Assembly: GCA_043228905.1 (NCBI GenBank) | Contig: JBHGNT010000018.1 | Span: forward strand, 2,108,001 to 2,172,000 | Reading direction: 5' to 3' | Length of the DNA stretch: 64,000 nucleotides | Source: Azolla caroliniana | Lineage: Eukaryota > Plantae > Polypodiophyta | In this document: piece after piece, positions 1 to 11,859 of the stretch | Layout: each line of letters opens with the position of its first letter | How positions within the stretch are numbered: the first letter of the stretch is position 1 | Position numbers and translations under genes: made by a program | Notes under the pieces: generated by a model | Told to the model about the DNA's origin: nothing | Seen by the model: only the letters and a program-made list of their open reading frames with translations | Databases searched by the model: none

Positions 1-3000
1 GGAAGAGATCCAAAAACCGGATTGGAGGCACCCGGTGAGAACCAGAAGAGAAGACATATTTGTAAATATGTTTTGAGTAAGCCTATTGAGGCTATATTTG
101 TAAATAGCCCTAAGTTCATATGAGTATAAATATGACCTACGGCAATCACAAAAGTGTCATATTGTTGTATGTGCATAATTGTTGTATATATATAGAGAGA
201 GAGATATACAGAGTGATACTCTGTTGTAATCGCCGCTTGGCGAAGATATAGAGCTCGAGGTGATTGCATCCGAGTCTCTGATTGTACCTTTCTTATATAC
301 TGATAGTTTGGAGTCTGTGGACTCCCGTGGTTTTTCCCTATTAGGGTTTTCCACATAAACATCCTGTGTACTCTCTATTGTTCGTGTGTGTACGTGTACT
401 AATCTCCAACCCCATTTCTGTGTTTTATTCTCATTGAAGTGATTCAAGAATCGGTTGTGGCCAAGCAATATTCTGCGGTAGTTCCTTTTCAATTTGGTAT
501 CAAAGCAAACAACACAGGAAATGGAAGAATTGTTCGGCGACATGTTCAAGCTCACTGGCTCCAATTACATAGTGTAGAAGTCAAAGATGAGGGATATACT
601 GGTGGTTAAAGATCTTTGGTTGCTGGTTCAGTTCGGGGACAAGAGACCGGATAAGATCGACACCACAGTGTGGGAGGTGATGCACATGAAGACAACGACA
701 TACATCCGGTGCTTCATCGACATGAGTCTGTACAACAACTTCAATGAAGAAAGTAAGGCTCATGAACTCTAGGAGAACATCGGCATCACGTTCCAGAACA
801 AAAATGTTGTTAATCGGGTTTCGGTATTCTGGAAGCTAGTGAGGCTCCGGTACCAGGATGGCTCCAGTATGGCAGAGCACATGAAGGTCTTCCAGGGGCT
901 AATACACCAAGCAACCTCGTTGGAAGTACCCCTCGCCGATGAGATACTCGCATTGCTCCTGCTCGGTTCCCTCTTGGATAGCTGGGAGACTTTAGTTGTC
1001 ATGTTGGGCAACGCCGGGCTAGAAGGAAAGCAGTTGTCCCCAGCAAGGGTAAAATCAAGCTTGCTAGATGAAGAAGCTCGCCGAAAGGACCGGGATTCCA
1101 TAACCGATCCGAAGGCCTTGGTTACCGAAGATGACCACAACCGGGGAAGAGGCCGGTATCGGAGTCCCCAAAACTGGGACAAATTGGGGACAAGGTCGAA
1201 GTCAAGGGGGAGGCCCACTTGCTTCTATTGTGGGAAGCCGGGGAACTTCCAGAAGAACTATCGGCATTTCCAAAAAGAGAAAGGAACCGACAGTGCTGAT
1301 TCGAAGAAGGGTTCGGACCGGAAAGGGTCGGATCAGAAGGGAACGTCGGCAATCGCGACAAGTGAAGAAGAAATGATGCCCATTACTGAGGAGAATGAGT
1401 TAAACCTTGTCGGCGATGAGACAATGTGGGTTGTCGATTCCGGAGCGTCGTTCCACCTGACACCGGACCGAACATGCTTCTCATCCTACACAACTAGAGA
1501 TTACGGTTGTGTCCGGATGGGGAATGAAGGGACATGCCGAATTGTCGGCATAGGAGATGTGTTGTTGAAGACATCAACCAGATGCAAATTGCCGCTGAAA
1601 GAAGTCAGACACGTTCCGAATGTTCGATTGAACTTGATATCAACCGGTCGGCTAGATGATGAAGGCTACACAAGTAGCATCCGGAACGGAGTCATGAAAT
1701 TCAGCAAAGGAAGCCTAATTGTGGTTTGAGCCCAGAAGATCAACACCCTATATCTTATGCATGCCCGGATATGCCGGGAAGAAGTGAACATAGCATCCGA
1801 CACTACCGTTGAGTTGTGGCACAAGAGACTGTGTCATATGAGCCAGAAGGGGATGAGAAGACTTGCCAAAGAAAACCTCATTCTGGAGGTGAAAGATGTG
1901 CATCTTGAGAAGTGCACCGATTGCTTGGCCGGCAAGCAAAACCGAACCTCCTTCCGATCAAGACCACCGATGAGACGGAATGCACCACTGGAACTGGTGC
2001 ATACCGATGTGTGTCAAGTGCACACGAAGTCACATGTTGGATCATCGTACTTCGTGACGTTCATAGATGATGACAGCCGGAAGCTGTGGTCTCACCGTTG
2101 AAGACAAAGGATCAGGTGTTGTCCGTCTTCAAGGATCTGCACGCAAGAGTGGAAAGAGAAACCGGCCGAAAATTGAAGGCGGTTCGAGCAGATAACAGAG
2201 GAGAATATCGGGGGTAGTTCGAGAAGTACTACCGGTCAAAGGGAATCCGGCTCGAAATCACCGTGCCGAAGACGCCAAAACTGAACGGGCTGGCCGAACG
2301 GATGAACCGGACTATAATGGAGAGAGTCCGGAGCATGCTGGCACATGCAAAGCTATCCAAGATGTTTTGGGCTGAGGCGCTGATGATGGCGACGTATGTG
2401 ATAAATAGATCACCCTCAACAACCTTGGACAGAGACACACCACAGAGATTATGGACAGGTAAGGATGTGTCATACTGGCATCTAAAGATGTTCAAGTGTC
2501 TCGACAGAACCATTTCCGACTGGGAGTCTAAGAAGAAGGTGATGAACTTTGGATCATCCAATGAAAACCGGCTTGAGGACACAAGGACTTACTCGGTTGA
2601 AAACCGGATGTTAGTCGGTAACCGGATGACACTCGATGAACCGGCTGGATTCGGACAAGAAACCGAACCGACCGAAGAAGAAGAAGAAGAAGAAGACACC
2701 AGAACCGAACAAGATGTCGAATCGGATTCAAATTCGGAACAGACAGAGGAACCGATTGCCAAAGACCAAAGACGGAGATACCCTCTCCAAGAGAGAAGAG
2801 CCCCCCGGAGATTTCTGGATGCAGAGCATGTATTGCTAATCGATGAGGGGGAGCCGGAAAGCTTCGAAGAAGCAAAGAAAGACACCCATAGCCACAAGTG
2901 GTTGAGTGCCATGCAGGATGAGATGGATTCCCTGCATGAGAACCACACTTATGAACTGACGAAGTTGCCGAAAGGGAAGAGAGCACTCCGGAACAAGTGG

Positions 3001-4359
3001 GTGTACAAGTTGAAACCGGGAGATGCCAGAAACCCGCCGAGATACAAAGCCTGAAATGTAGTGAAGGGTTTCCAGCAGAAGAAGGGAGTAGACTTCGATG
3101 AGGTTTTTGCTCTGGTAGTAAAGATGGCATCCATCTAAATGGTATTGAGCATAGCGGCAACCATGGACCTCGAGGTAGAGCAACTAGACGTCAAGACAAC
3201 ATTCCTACATGGCGACCTTGAAAAAGAGATCTACATGCATCAACTGGAAGGATTTGAGAAGAAAACGAAGGAGCACCTATTGTGCCCGTTGAAGAAGAGC
3301 TTATATGGACTGAAGCAAGCTCCCCGGCAATGGTACCGGAAGTTCGACTCCTTCATGACCGACTAAGGGTACCACAAGACGCAGGTCGATCACTGCGTGT
3401 TTGTGAAGAAATTTGACGGAGGAGATTTCCTAATACTCCTCCTATATGTGGATGATATGTTGATCATCGAACGAAACCAAGGCAAGATTCAGATGCTGAA
3501 TAAGGCTCTGAACCGGACCTTATCAATGAAAGAGTTGGGTCCGACAAGATAGATATTGGGAATGCCCATCATCCAGGACCGGTCGAAGAAGTTGTTGTGG
3601 TTGTCACAGGAGAAGTACGTGACAAAGGTGCTTTAACAATTCAACATGTCAGAGGCAAACCGGTCAGATCAACACTTCTGGCAAACTGCAAGCTATCCAG
3701 AAAACAAAGCCCGAGGACAAAGACGGAGAAGACGGATATGATGAAGATACCATATGTTTCTGCCGTTGGGAGCTTGATGTACGCAATGGTATCGGATATG
3801 CAATTGGAGTGGTCAGTCGGTTCATGAGCAATCCCGGAAGAGAGCACTGAAACACAGTAAAGTGGGTACTCTGGTACTTGAAAGGCACCTTGAGTATGTG
3901 CCTCTAGTTCGGCTCTGGTAAACCCCAACTTGAAGGATTCACAGATTCGGACATGTCCGCTGATGCGGATACTAGCCGGTCTACATCCGGATATGTCATG
4001 ACTTATGCAGGGGGTGTTGTTTCATGGCAGTCGAGGCTGCAAAAGACAGTTGTGTTGTCAACCATGGAGGCGAAGTCCATGGCAGTTGTGGAAGCTGGCA
4101 AGGAGATAATAGGGATGAAGGACTTCATCGGAGAGCTAGGGATCCAACGGGAGGATTATCGGCTCTACTGCGATAGTCAAAGTGCCATCCACCTTGCGAG
4201 GAACACAGCCTACCATTCCCAGACGAAACATAACTAGCGGAGGTACCACTAGATCCAAGAGAGAGTAGAAGATCAAGAGTTCGTGCTGACGAAGATCCAC
4301 ACGGAGGAGAACGGGTCGAATATGCTGACCAAGGTGTTGACAACCGACAAGTTGGACAT
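1..4359 (+). mobile_element. Ty1/Copia LTR retrotransposon (Tork/Tto1-like), copy A1, 3'-truncated
   Basis: Partial 5' LTR 1-491 ending CA; PBS TGGTATCAAAGC (tRNA-iMet type) 495-506; gag-PR-INT-RT-RH order; colinear with the copy at 26819-32593; cut off at 4359 by a Gypsy LTR. Confidence 0.93.
521..4359 (+). pseudogene. Copia gag-pol polyprotein, disrupted
   Basis: ATG 521 (MEELFGDMFKLTGSNY); zinc knuckle CFYCGKPG; protease WVVDSGASFH; GAG-pre-integrase LWHKRLCHMS; integrase LVHTD and NGLAERMNRT; RT LDVKTTFLHG, KSLYGLKQAPRQWY, YVDD; RNase H YCDSQSAIHLA. Many stops and frameshifts; internal deletion near 2500. Confidence 0.93.
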
Positions 4360-5195
4360 TGTCGTGAAGAATTTCGTCCAGAGGCGGAAACCGGGGAATA
4401 TCGGCTATATCGGCGGAGTGCACCATGTGCGCTCACCCTCGTATAATTGTGTGGATAATAGGAGTTAAGTCGGGACGAAGAATCCCATGTAAATCGGGAT
4501 TTATCCCACATTGTAACGCATCCCTCTCCTTGTTCTATAAAAGGAAGGGATGGTCCCTTGTAGAGGGGTCATTTTTGTATTAGTAGGGTATACCGTTAGA
4601 TTAGGAAACGTCCTCTCTTTCTCCTTCCCTTCCTCTTGTTTAGGGTTTCGTTTTTCTTCTTCTTTCCTCTGCTCCTTCCTCTTCGTCGTTCTGTGCGTCG
4701 AGTCTTGGCATCTAGCGTTTCGGTTTTCTGCCCTGTACTCTGTGCAAGACCCCGCTCGGCGCGACAAGGCCGAGAGCTCCCCGACCGGCGGCTTGGCAGT
4801 AAACAACAGTTGTATCCTATGCGACCTAGGTCCGGCTCGAAGTCAGTGTTGAATCTCGTTGTCTTGTAAATACATATACATTTGGTTGTGCATATTCGTG
4901 TCTCTGTTGGTGTGCGTGTGTGTGTCTTAGTGTTTCTTTCTTGCTTATGTACATGAGGGTGCAAGTTGGGTCGGTGTTATGTGCGTGTGTGCGAGAGTCA
5001 ATGTTGCGTGCCTGCTCTCTCTCTCTCTCTCTCTCCCTTCGGTTGCTTCTGGTGTGTTTCTGGGACGCCCCGGAAATGGTGAAGCACGACTTCCTACACT
5101 CCGCCACTCCCTAGTCCAAGACCCCCGTGGTCCCGCCTTTCTCCACGCAAGCGCGAAACTTCGCGACATATTTGGTGAACCCGACATGAAAGGCG

Positions 5196-8100
5196 GGAAG
5201 GGAGGATGGAGTCGGAAGACGACGACCTCGCGGTGATGGTGGCCGAAGTGGTGTTGGAGTCGGCACGAGTGGTGATGAGGCGAGAAGCAGCGCAACAAGC
5301 GGTTGAGGCCCATCCGGAGGAGAGGCTCTGGAAGAGCTAACGCAAATGGTGAGCAATCTCCATATCGCGCAGGCCCGGAGAGAGAGCAGTGAACAGTCCC
5401 ACGACCGAAGGCCTCTGGCTGGGGAGTGGTGCATGTGGTGCGACGCGGTCGGCCACCCCCGGAAAGAGCGCGCGGATTTTGTAGACGCGCTTAGAAGCAA
5501 TGTGGTATACCTGTGGAACGGGCGGGTGCACACCGGTGACACCTGAAGACCCCTAGAGACGAATTTCGGGCGCGGCGGAATGAAGAGATTGATGGAAGAA
5601 GCAATGGCACGCCATACATAGGTCGTCCATTATTCGGCGTCGGCCGGGATCAGGGTCAGAAGCGACGAATGCCGAAAGACGGAAGACTCCAGATTCTGGC
5701 CGTTGGTGATAGAAGGCCTCACCAGCGTACGGATGAGGAAGGAAGAAGTGGACCGTGCGAAGAAGCGGATCCGAGAGGTTACCGGATGGGACAACCCAGT
5801 CGAGGAGAAAACCGGATTCGTGGAAGCGGCGTACCAGAACTATGAGGTTCTGGTAGAAGACAAGTGTGCGGGAAAAGCAGGAGGGGCCGGACCCAATTCG
5901 GGCGAAGCAAAATGATGCCGATAACCCCAACGCACCGGATAGAATGAAGCGGGCCAGTTACCGGCTGAGCACGGAGATTGAGAGGACGACGGACCTGCGG
6001 AAGGTCCTCGAGGAGCGGATTCTCGAAAACAAGGTGGATCTGTCACTGAGGGAGGTGCTCGGGATGCCAAGAAGGAGTTCCACGATTCTATCGTGGACTT
6101 GGTGAAGCGTAAACGGCTCTCGACGGAGCCGGAGCCGGAGAAGCCGGTGGAGGTGTGAACGACGCACCTGGAGGACGTGGCCATGGAAGACGAGTTGGCA
6201 GAGAGCCACTATTCGAGGTTGCACTAGGCTAGAGGCACTACGGAGACCCCCGTTCGGGTCGGAGACATCCAGGAGCCAGTGGTGGCGTTGATAGACCACG
6301 GTTCTGAGATTAACCTGATGTCCATGGACTTCTATAAGAAAGGGAAGTGGCCAATCAACACGAACCACGGGTGGAAGATACGCGCGGCGACACGCGCTAC
6401 GGAAGAGTTGCATGGGGCGTGAAGATTGGAGATGTCGAGATCGACCAACACTTCTTCGTGCAGGAGACGTCCTCACACCCAGTGATACTCGGCGAACCAT
6501 ACATTACGGCAGCACACATGGAGACCAAGGTGTTGGACAACGGTTCGGCGTACGTACGCGTGAAGAGCCAAGATGGACGACACTCCGTCCAATTCCTGAC
6601 CGTGCGACCGAACCAAAGCGTAACCGTGAAACTCTCGGCAACAATAGCTGAGGGGATTTTTAGAGAGGGCTATCAAGGCATGGGGCCGCGATAGTTCAGA
6701 CACCCCGGAGGAACCCCACACGTGTACTATAGGTAGGAAAATTTGGTTCTCCGACAATAGAGGTTGTACAATATCCGGCATTGGTGGCCGCGATAAGAAG
6801 GTAGAGGAGCGTCTGAGGGCGTGCGGAGCCCTCAGCCCCGACGAAGGGATTGGCGGCGCCGTGGAGGCCGCCTCTTTGGACGACACCTTGGGAGAGTTAG
6901 GGCGGGTGGTCAAAGAAGGCCTCAATGAAGATCAGGTTGTCCCGGTTATTTCCGTAGAGATGAACGAAGTCATTGCCCACTTCGGGGAGAGGGTCAGGTC
7001 GGATCAGACGGACTGCATAGATATGAAGTACAAGATTGTGGACCGGAAGGTGAGGCTAGTCACGGCTCCCTTGCCGGAGGGCAACGGGGAGCGGCAAAAA
7101 GGGGTCGAGTCAAACCCAAGTTTACGGAATCCAGTCGGGATAGGACACCGGTTCACTTACCATAACGCTACGGAGCTCATGGTTAGTAAGGGTGGCTTTT
7201 TACTGCTGGAGGAGTACCGGTTTCAGAGTATGCTCGGAAGGCAAGGGAGGGCCTTCACATTTGTGTTGGGGGAGATCGGGTGCGTAAACCCAATGATCGT
7301 GGAACGAATGGTGATCTTCACGATACCGCATGTGTCGTGGAATCTCAAGCTGATTCCGGTACCCAGAGCTCACATCCCGTTGTTGATGGAGCTACTAAAA
7401 CAGAAGGTGGAGATGGGCATCCTCTAGCCGTCGAGTGCCCTATATTTGAATCGGTGGTTTACCGTGCCAAAGAAGAATGGCACGTTGCGCTTCATTAAGG
7501 ACCTACAGCCGGATGGTCGGTCTGATACTTGCGTTCTGGCACTTGTGCAGGCCCTACAGCCGAAAATTGTCTCCGGCAAAGGTAGAGGCCATTTCCGCAA
7601 TGAAGGAAGACTACAAGTCGGTTACGCAAATCCGGAGGTTCTTGGGCGCATGTGTGTTCTACCACATCTAGATTCCGCACTACGCACACGCCGCTCTACG
7701 GGTTGTTGAAGAAAGGGCGCAAGTTCGAGTGGATCGGGGAACATACGGAATCGGTCGAGAGACTAAAAGAAGCGCTAACCACGGCGTCGGCACTCCGGAA
7801 AGCGGTTTACGGAAAGGGGATCCCGATTTACGTGACCATAGACACGAGCCCGACCGGGATAGGATGGGTGGTCAATCAAGAGGACAAAACCGGCACGAGG
7901 TTCCCCATCCGGTTCGGAGCGAAGGTGCTGAGTGAGCGGCAGCGAGGATACGCCTAAGTTAAACGTGAACTCTGGGGTATCGTTTCAGCAGTCAAGGCTG
8001 ATAAAGACTACTTGATCGGGATGGAGGTGATAATCGAGACGAACTGCCTACCGATCCTTGGTATGATATCCGGATGCACAACGGCGGACCTGGCGATGCT

Positions 8101-9980
8101 CAGGTGGATTGCGTACATCAAGTCCCTAAATCCGGAAATTCGGCACATATCCGGGAAAGACAACACCATGGCCGACATGCTTTCTAGAGCACGGTACGAC
8201 GACGAGGACGGCATGGTTTCGGAGGATGAAGAAGTTGGCGTGGACTTCTTCGAGTCGGCCTACGTGACAACGAGGGCAAGGAGCACCCCGGCACGTAACG
8301 AGTTCAACGAAGGTGAGTACGACGGGGAGTGGCTCCAAATCGGTAGGTTCTTAAAGACGATGAAGCCGGACGCAGCATGGATGAAAGATGAAGCTAACCA
8401 AATACGGAAGAAGGCGTACCGATTCTTCCTACGGGACGGGAACATATGGAAGAACCTGAAGAAGCAAGGCGGCGTTCCACTCTGCATAGTGGCAGGGAAG
8501 GAAGAGCAAGAGGCGTTGTTGACGGAGTATCACGAGAGTCCTTGGGCTGGACACTGCGGGACATGGGCCACATTCGAAAGGCTGAAGGAGAAGTATTGGT
8601 GGTCGGGGCTGTACAGGGACGTGCACCAGTTCGTAACAACGTGCGAGAGCTGCCAAGTGCACTCCACGATCCGACATCGGGACGAGCTGCACCCGACCTA
8701 CTCGCCGACCATCCACTTCAAGTGGATGGTGAACTTAGTGACGATGTCGATGGGGGTAGGGCAGATGCGATACCTAGTGCTTGCACAAGAGGACTTGACA
8801 AATCAAGTGGAGGGTCGTGCATTGCTGAACAAGAATGGAGTATCACGAGAGTCCTTGGGCTGGACACTGCAGGACATGGGCCACATTCGAAAGGCTGAAG
8901 GTGAAGTATTGGTGGTCGGGGTTGTACTGGGACGTGCACTAGTTCGTAACAACATGCGAGAGCTCCCAAGTGCACTCCACGATCCGACATCGGGACGAGC
9001 TTCACCCGATCTACTCGCCGACCATCCACTTCAAGTGGATGGTGGACTTAGTGACGATGTCGATGGGGGTAGGGTAGATGCGATACCTAGTGCTTGCGTG
9101 AGAGGACTTGACAAATCAAGTGGAGGGTCGTGCATTGCCGAACAAGACGACCGCAGTTGTGTGTCGGTTCCTGATCGAAGAGGTGGTATGTTAGTATGGG
9201 TGTGTAGGGAAGATCGTGGCTGACCGGGGAGAGTTGGATGCGCAGGAAGCCGAAGAGTTGTTCGACCGATTAGGGTTTAAGCTCTCCCTCACTACGGCGT
9301 ACCACACGAAGGCTAACGGGAAGGTAGAATGCAGGCACAAACCGATCGTGAAGGCATTAGTACGCGCATGTGAAGGTTAAATCGGGGGTTGGCCACGGCT
9401 CCTACCTTGCGCACTATGGGCGAACCGAACTACGCGCAGTTCAGTGACCGGGTTCATGCCAACGGAGCTGATGTACGGGTAGAAGCCGATCATGCCGATT
9501 GAACGGACGATCTCCTCATGAGCCGCGGTGGACTAGAGAGACGAGATGAGCCAGGAAGAGTTATTAGCAATGTGGATTCGACAACTCGAGCGAAGACCGA
9601 AGGACGTGGAACGGGCTAAGGAGAAGTTGCACGCGGCGAGGGCGAGGAACAAGGGCTGGTTTGACTGAACTCACCGACTACGGCCGAAGAAAATCGAGGA
9701 AGGTGTTTGGGTGTTTGTTTACAACAGCAGCTTCGACAATCAGCACAAGGCGAAGCGGAAGTTTGCGAGGAGGTGGTTCGGGCCCTACACTGTAATGAGT
9801 GCAAACGACAATGCTACTTACCACCTTGCGGAGCTCGATGGGACATGGATAGCGGTGCCGGTAGCCAGGAAGAGGATCAAGGCCTTCAAGAAGCGGCATG
9901 AAGACGAGCCAGACCCGGGAAGCGAGGACAACGATGACAACTGGTTCAGAGCGAATGAAGTTTCGGAGTGCGATGGGTGA
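5196..9980 (+). pseudogene. Gypsy gag-PR / RT-RH-INT, disrupted
   Basis: Protease ALIDHGSEINLMS near 6285-6320; WFTVPKKNGTLRFIKDLQP followed by deletion of the RT core near 7510; RNase H DTSPTGIGWV; integrase H-H-C-C (YHESPWAGH...CESCQ); C-terminal WFGPY. Confidence 0.88.
8522..9147 (+). repeat. Tandem duplication, 2 x 313 bp, inside the integrase
   Basis: 8522-8834 is repeated at 8835-9147; differences are mostly transitions. Confidence 0.9.
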
Positions 9981-11859
9981 ACACGAACCGGTTTTCTCCA
10001 GCATTTGTCCCTCTCTGGCGCATGTTGCTGGATGTGCGGTTTGGTGGGGGTGGATGTCGTGAAGAAAACCAGGCTTAGGCGGAATCGGTGAAAAAGGTGC
10101 ATGAACCGGCCCTTACGCGGAGAACAGGTAGGCTGATGAAAATATACTAGGTAGTACAGATTTATTAGCTAGGAAATCGATGTCTATCTCTGTCCGAAGG
10201 GACAGAGAATAAAGATGAAGTATTCGGGATGTGACGACCCTCCTCGACGACCGATAAAAGGAAAGGGGAGATGGCTAAAAGGGGATGGTGTTTTGGCAAG
10301 GACGAGGTGTTGTCGAATTGGGAACCGAGCTCTCTCCTCCTCTATCGTTGTTCTCTGTGGGTTTTGGGTCGGTTGCCTCTACTTTGAGGAAAGCCCTAGT
10401 GCTTCCAGTAGAGGCTCCACTATGTGCGTGTGTGGTTGTGTTGTCACCTATGGTGGGTCTGTTATCAGCTTACCGGTTGTAATCTTGCAATCTCTGTAAT
10501 TATTTCCGTCTCTCGGTGTTTTCTTGTGTGATTCCCTTTCATTATTGGGTGTGTGCACGTCTCTCTTTCTTCTACATACGCGGTCGTGGTTTATTCACCG
10601 GCCAGAATCTCTCTCTTCGATCTCTTGCACTCCTCGGTCCAAGGCCCCTGCGGTCCCGCCCTAGTTTCTCACGCATAAGCGAAACAACACAACATCGGTA
10701 CATCCACATATGCTATGCTACCGAAGATCCGAAGGTGCCTCAAATTCGGCTTCTGCCAGAAATATAGCTTATGTGCTGACACCTTGTCACCGATCCGGTT
10801 TTGGATGTAGACAGTCGTCTGAACCACCTCAGCCCAGTAGAATCTGGGCATGCTCTTCTCCTCTAGCATTGCCCTTACCACGTCGACAATCGACCGTGTG
10901 TATCAGCAGCTAAATTCTCTCCAAATTCCGTTATGTTGCAGATATCTGTTGAATTGGCCGGAAAAGTATTTTTTCCCGTCATCCGACCGCAAGCACTTTA
11001 TCTTCCTCTCTGTTTCCCTTTTGACTAAGCTTTGAAGGTTCCGAAAACAGTCGAAGACTTCGCTTTTCTTCTTTATGAGGTAGATCCACGTGTGTCGGCT
11101 ATAGTCGTAGATGAAGGAGACGAAATACCGACTCCCACCTAGACTAACGTTCTATGCCGGTCCCCATAAATCCGAATGGATTAGATCGAGCTCGTTACGG
11201 CTTCAGTTTTGTTTGGTGGGGAATGGAAGCTGGTGTTGCTTCCCGAGTTTGCAAGCTTCACATATTTGGGTCTTCCGGCGACTGAACTGTTAATGTTTTA
11301 GGGTTAGGGTTAATATTTATGATAATGATGATGATTGATGATGGATTAGCGATGGGGATGCAAATGGTGAATGTTACCGGCCGGCAAAGGAGTCCAGAGT
11401 GGGAAACGGAGAGTTATTTAAGTAGTAGGAATGTGGTTGTAATTAAGCTATGAGTGTGGACGGACAGACCGGAAACGGTATGCCGTTCCGGATCCGGACC
11501 GATCCCGAACAGGTGCGGATGGAACCGTTTTGTAATACAGACCGGAAACCTATTTAAAGGCCCAGATACAATGTAATCAAGGGCGGTTAATTAATGAAAG
11601 CTTAAGCGTTGTTATCTCTCTATGTTAATTGCCGTTCTATCTTAATTGTTATATCTTATACGTGTGTTGTGAAAGACGATCATAATAAGTAACTTAATCA
11701 AGTAGGATTAAGCGTTGAGGCAGATCCGGTTGCCGTAACACCCTTTGGGGAAGTGTCTTCCGTAGACACCCTGTGTTAGGCCATTGTCCGGCCCTAAGAG
11801 TTAACACAGTTTTTGTCGACCACGATTCCTGTTTTTGCAGCGAACGACGGCACGGATGG

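Larger units (their letters stand above)
4360..10694 (+). mobile_element. Chimeric Ty3/Gypsy element of the tRNA-Trp-primed (Ylt1-like) group
   Basis: 5' LTR 4360-5168 (TGTCGTG...CGCGACA); PBS TGGTGAACCCGACATGAA 5173-5190; degenerate gag-PR-RT-RH-INT; PPT about 10041-10054; a different 3' LTR 10055-10694. Flanks differ (ACAT vs TCGG). Confidence 0.88.

Noticed and set aside
11296-11312. TTAGGG repeats as an interstitial telomere (also near 17606, 35224, 59476)
   Set aside because: Only 2-3 units, mostly inside LTRs; at most telo-box-like motifs.
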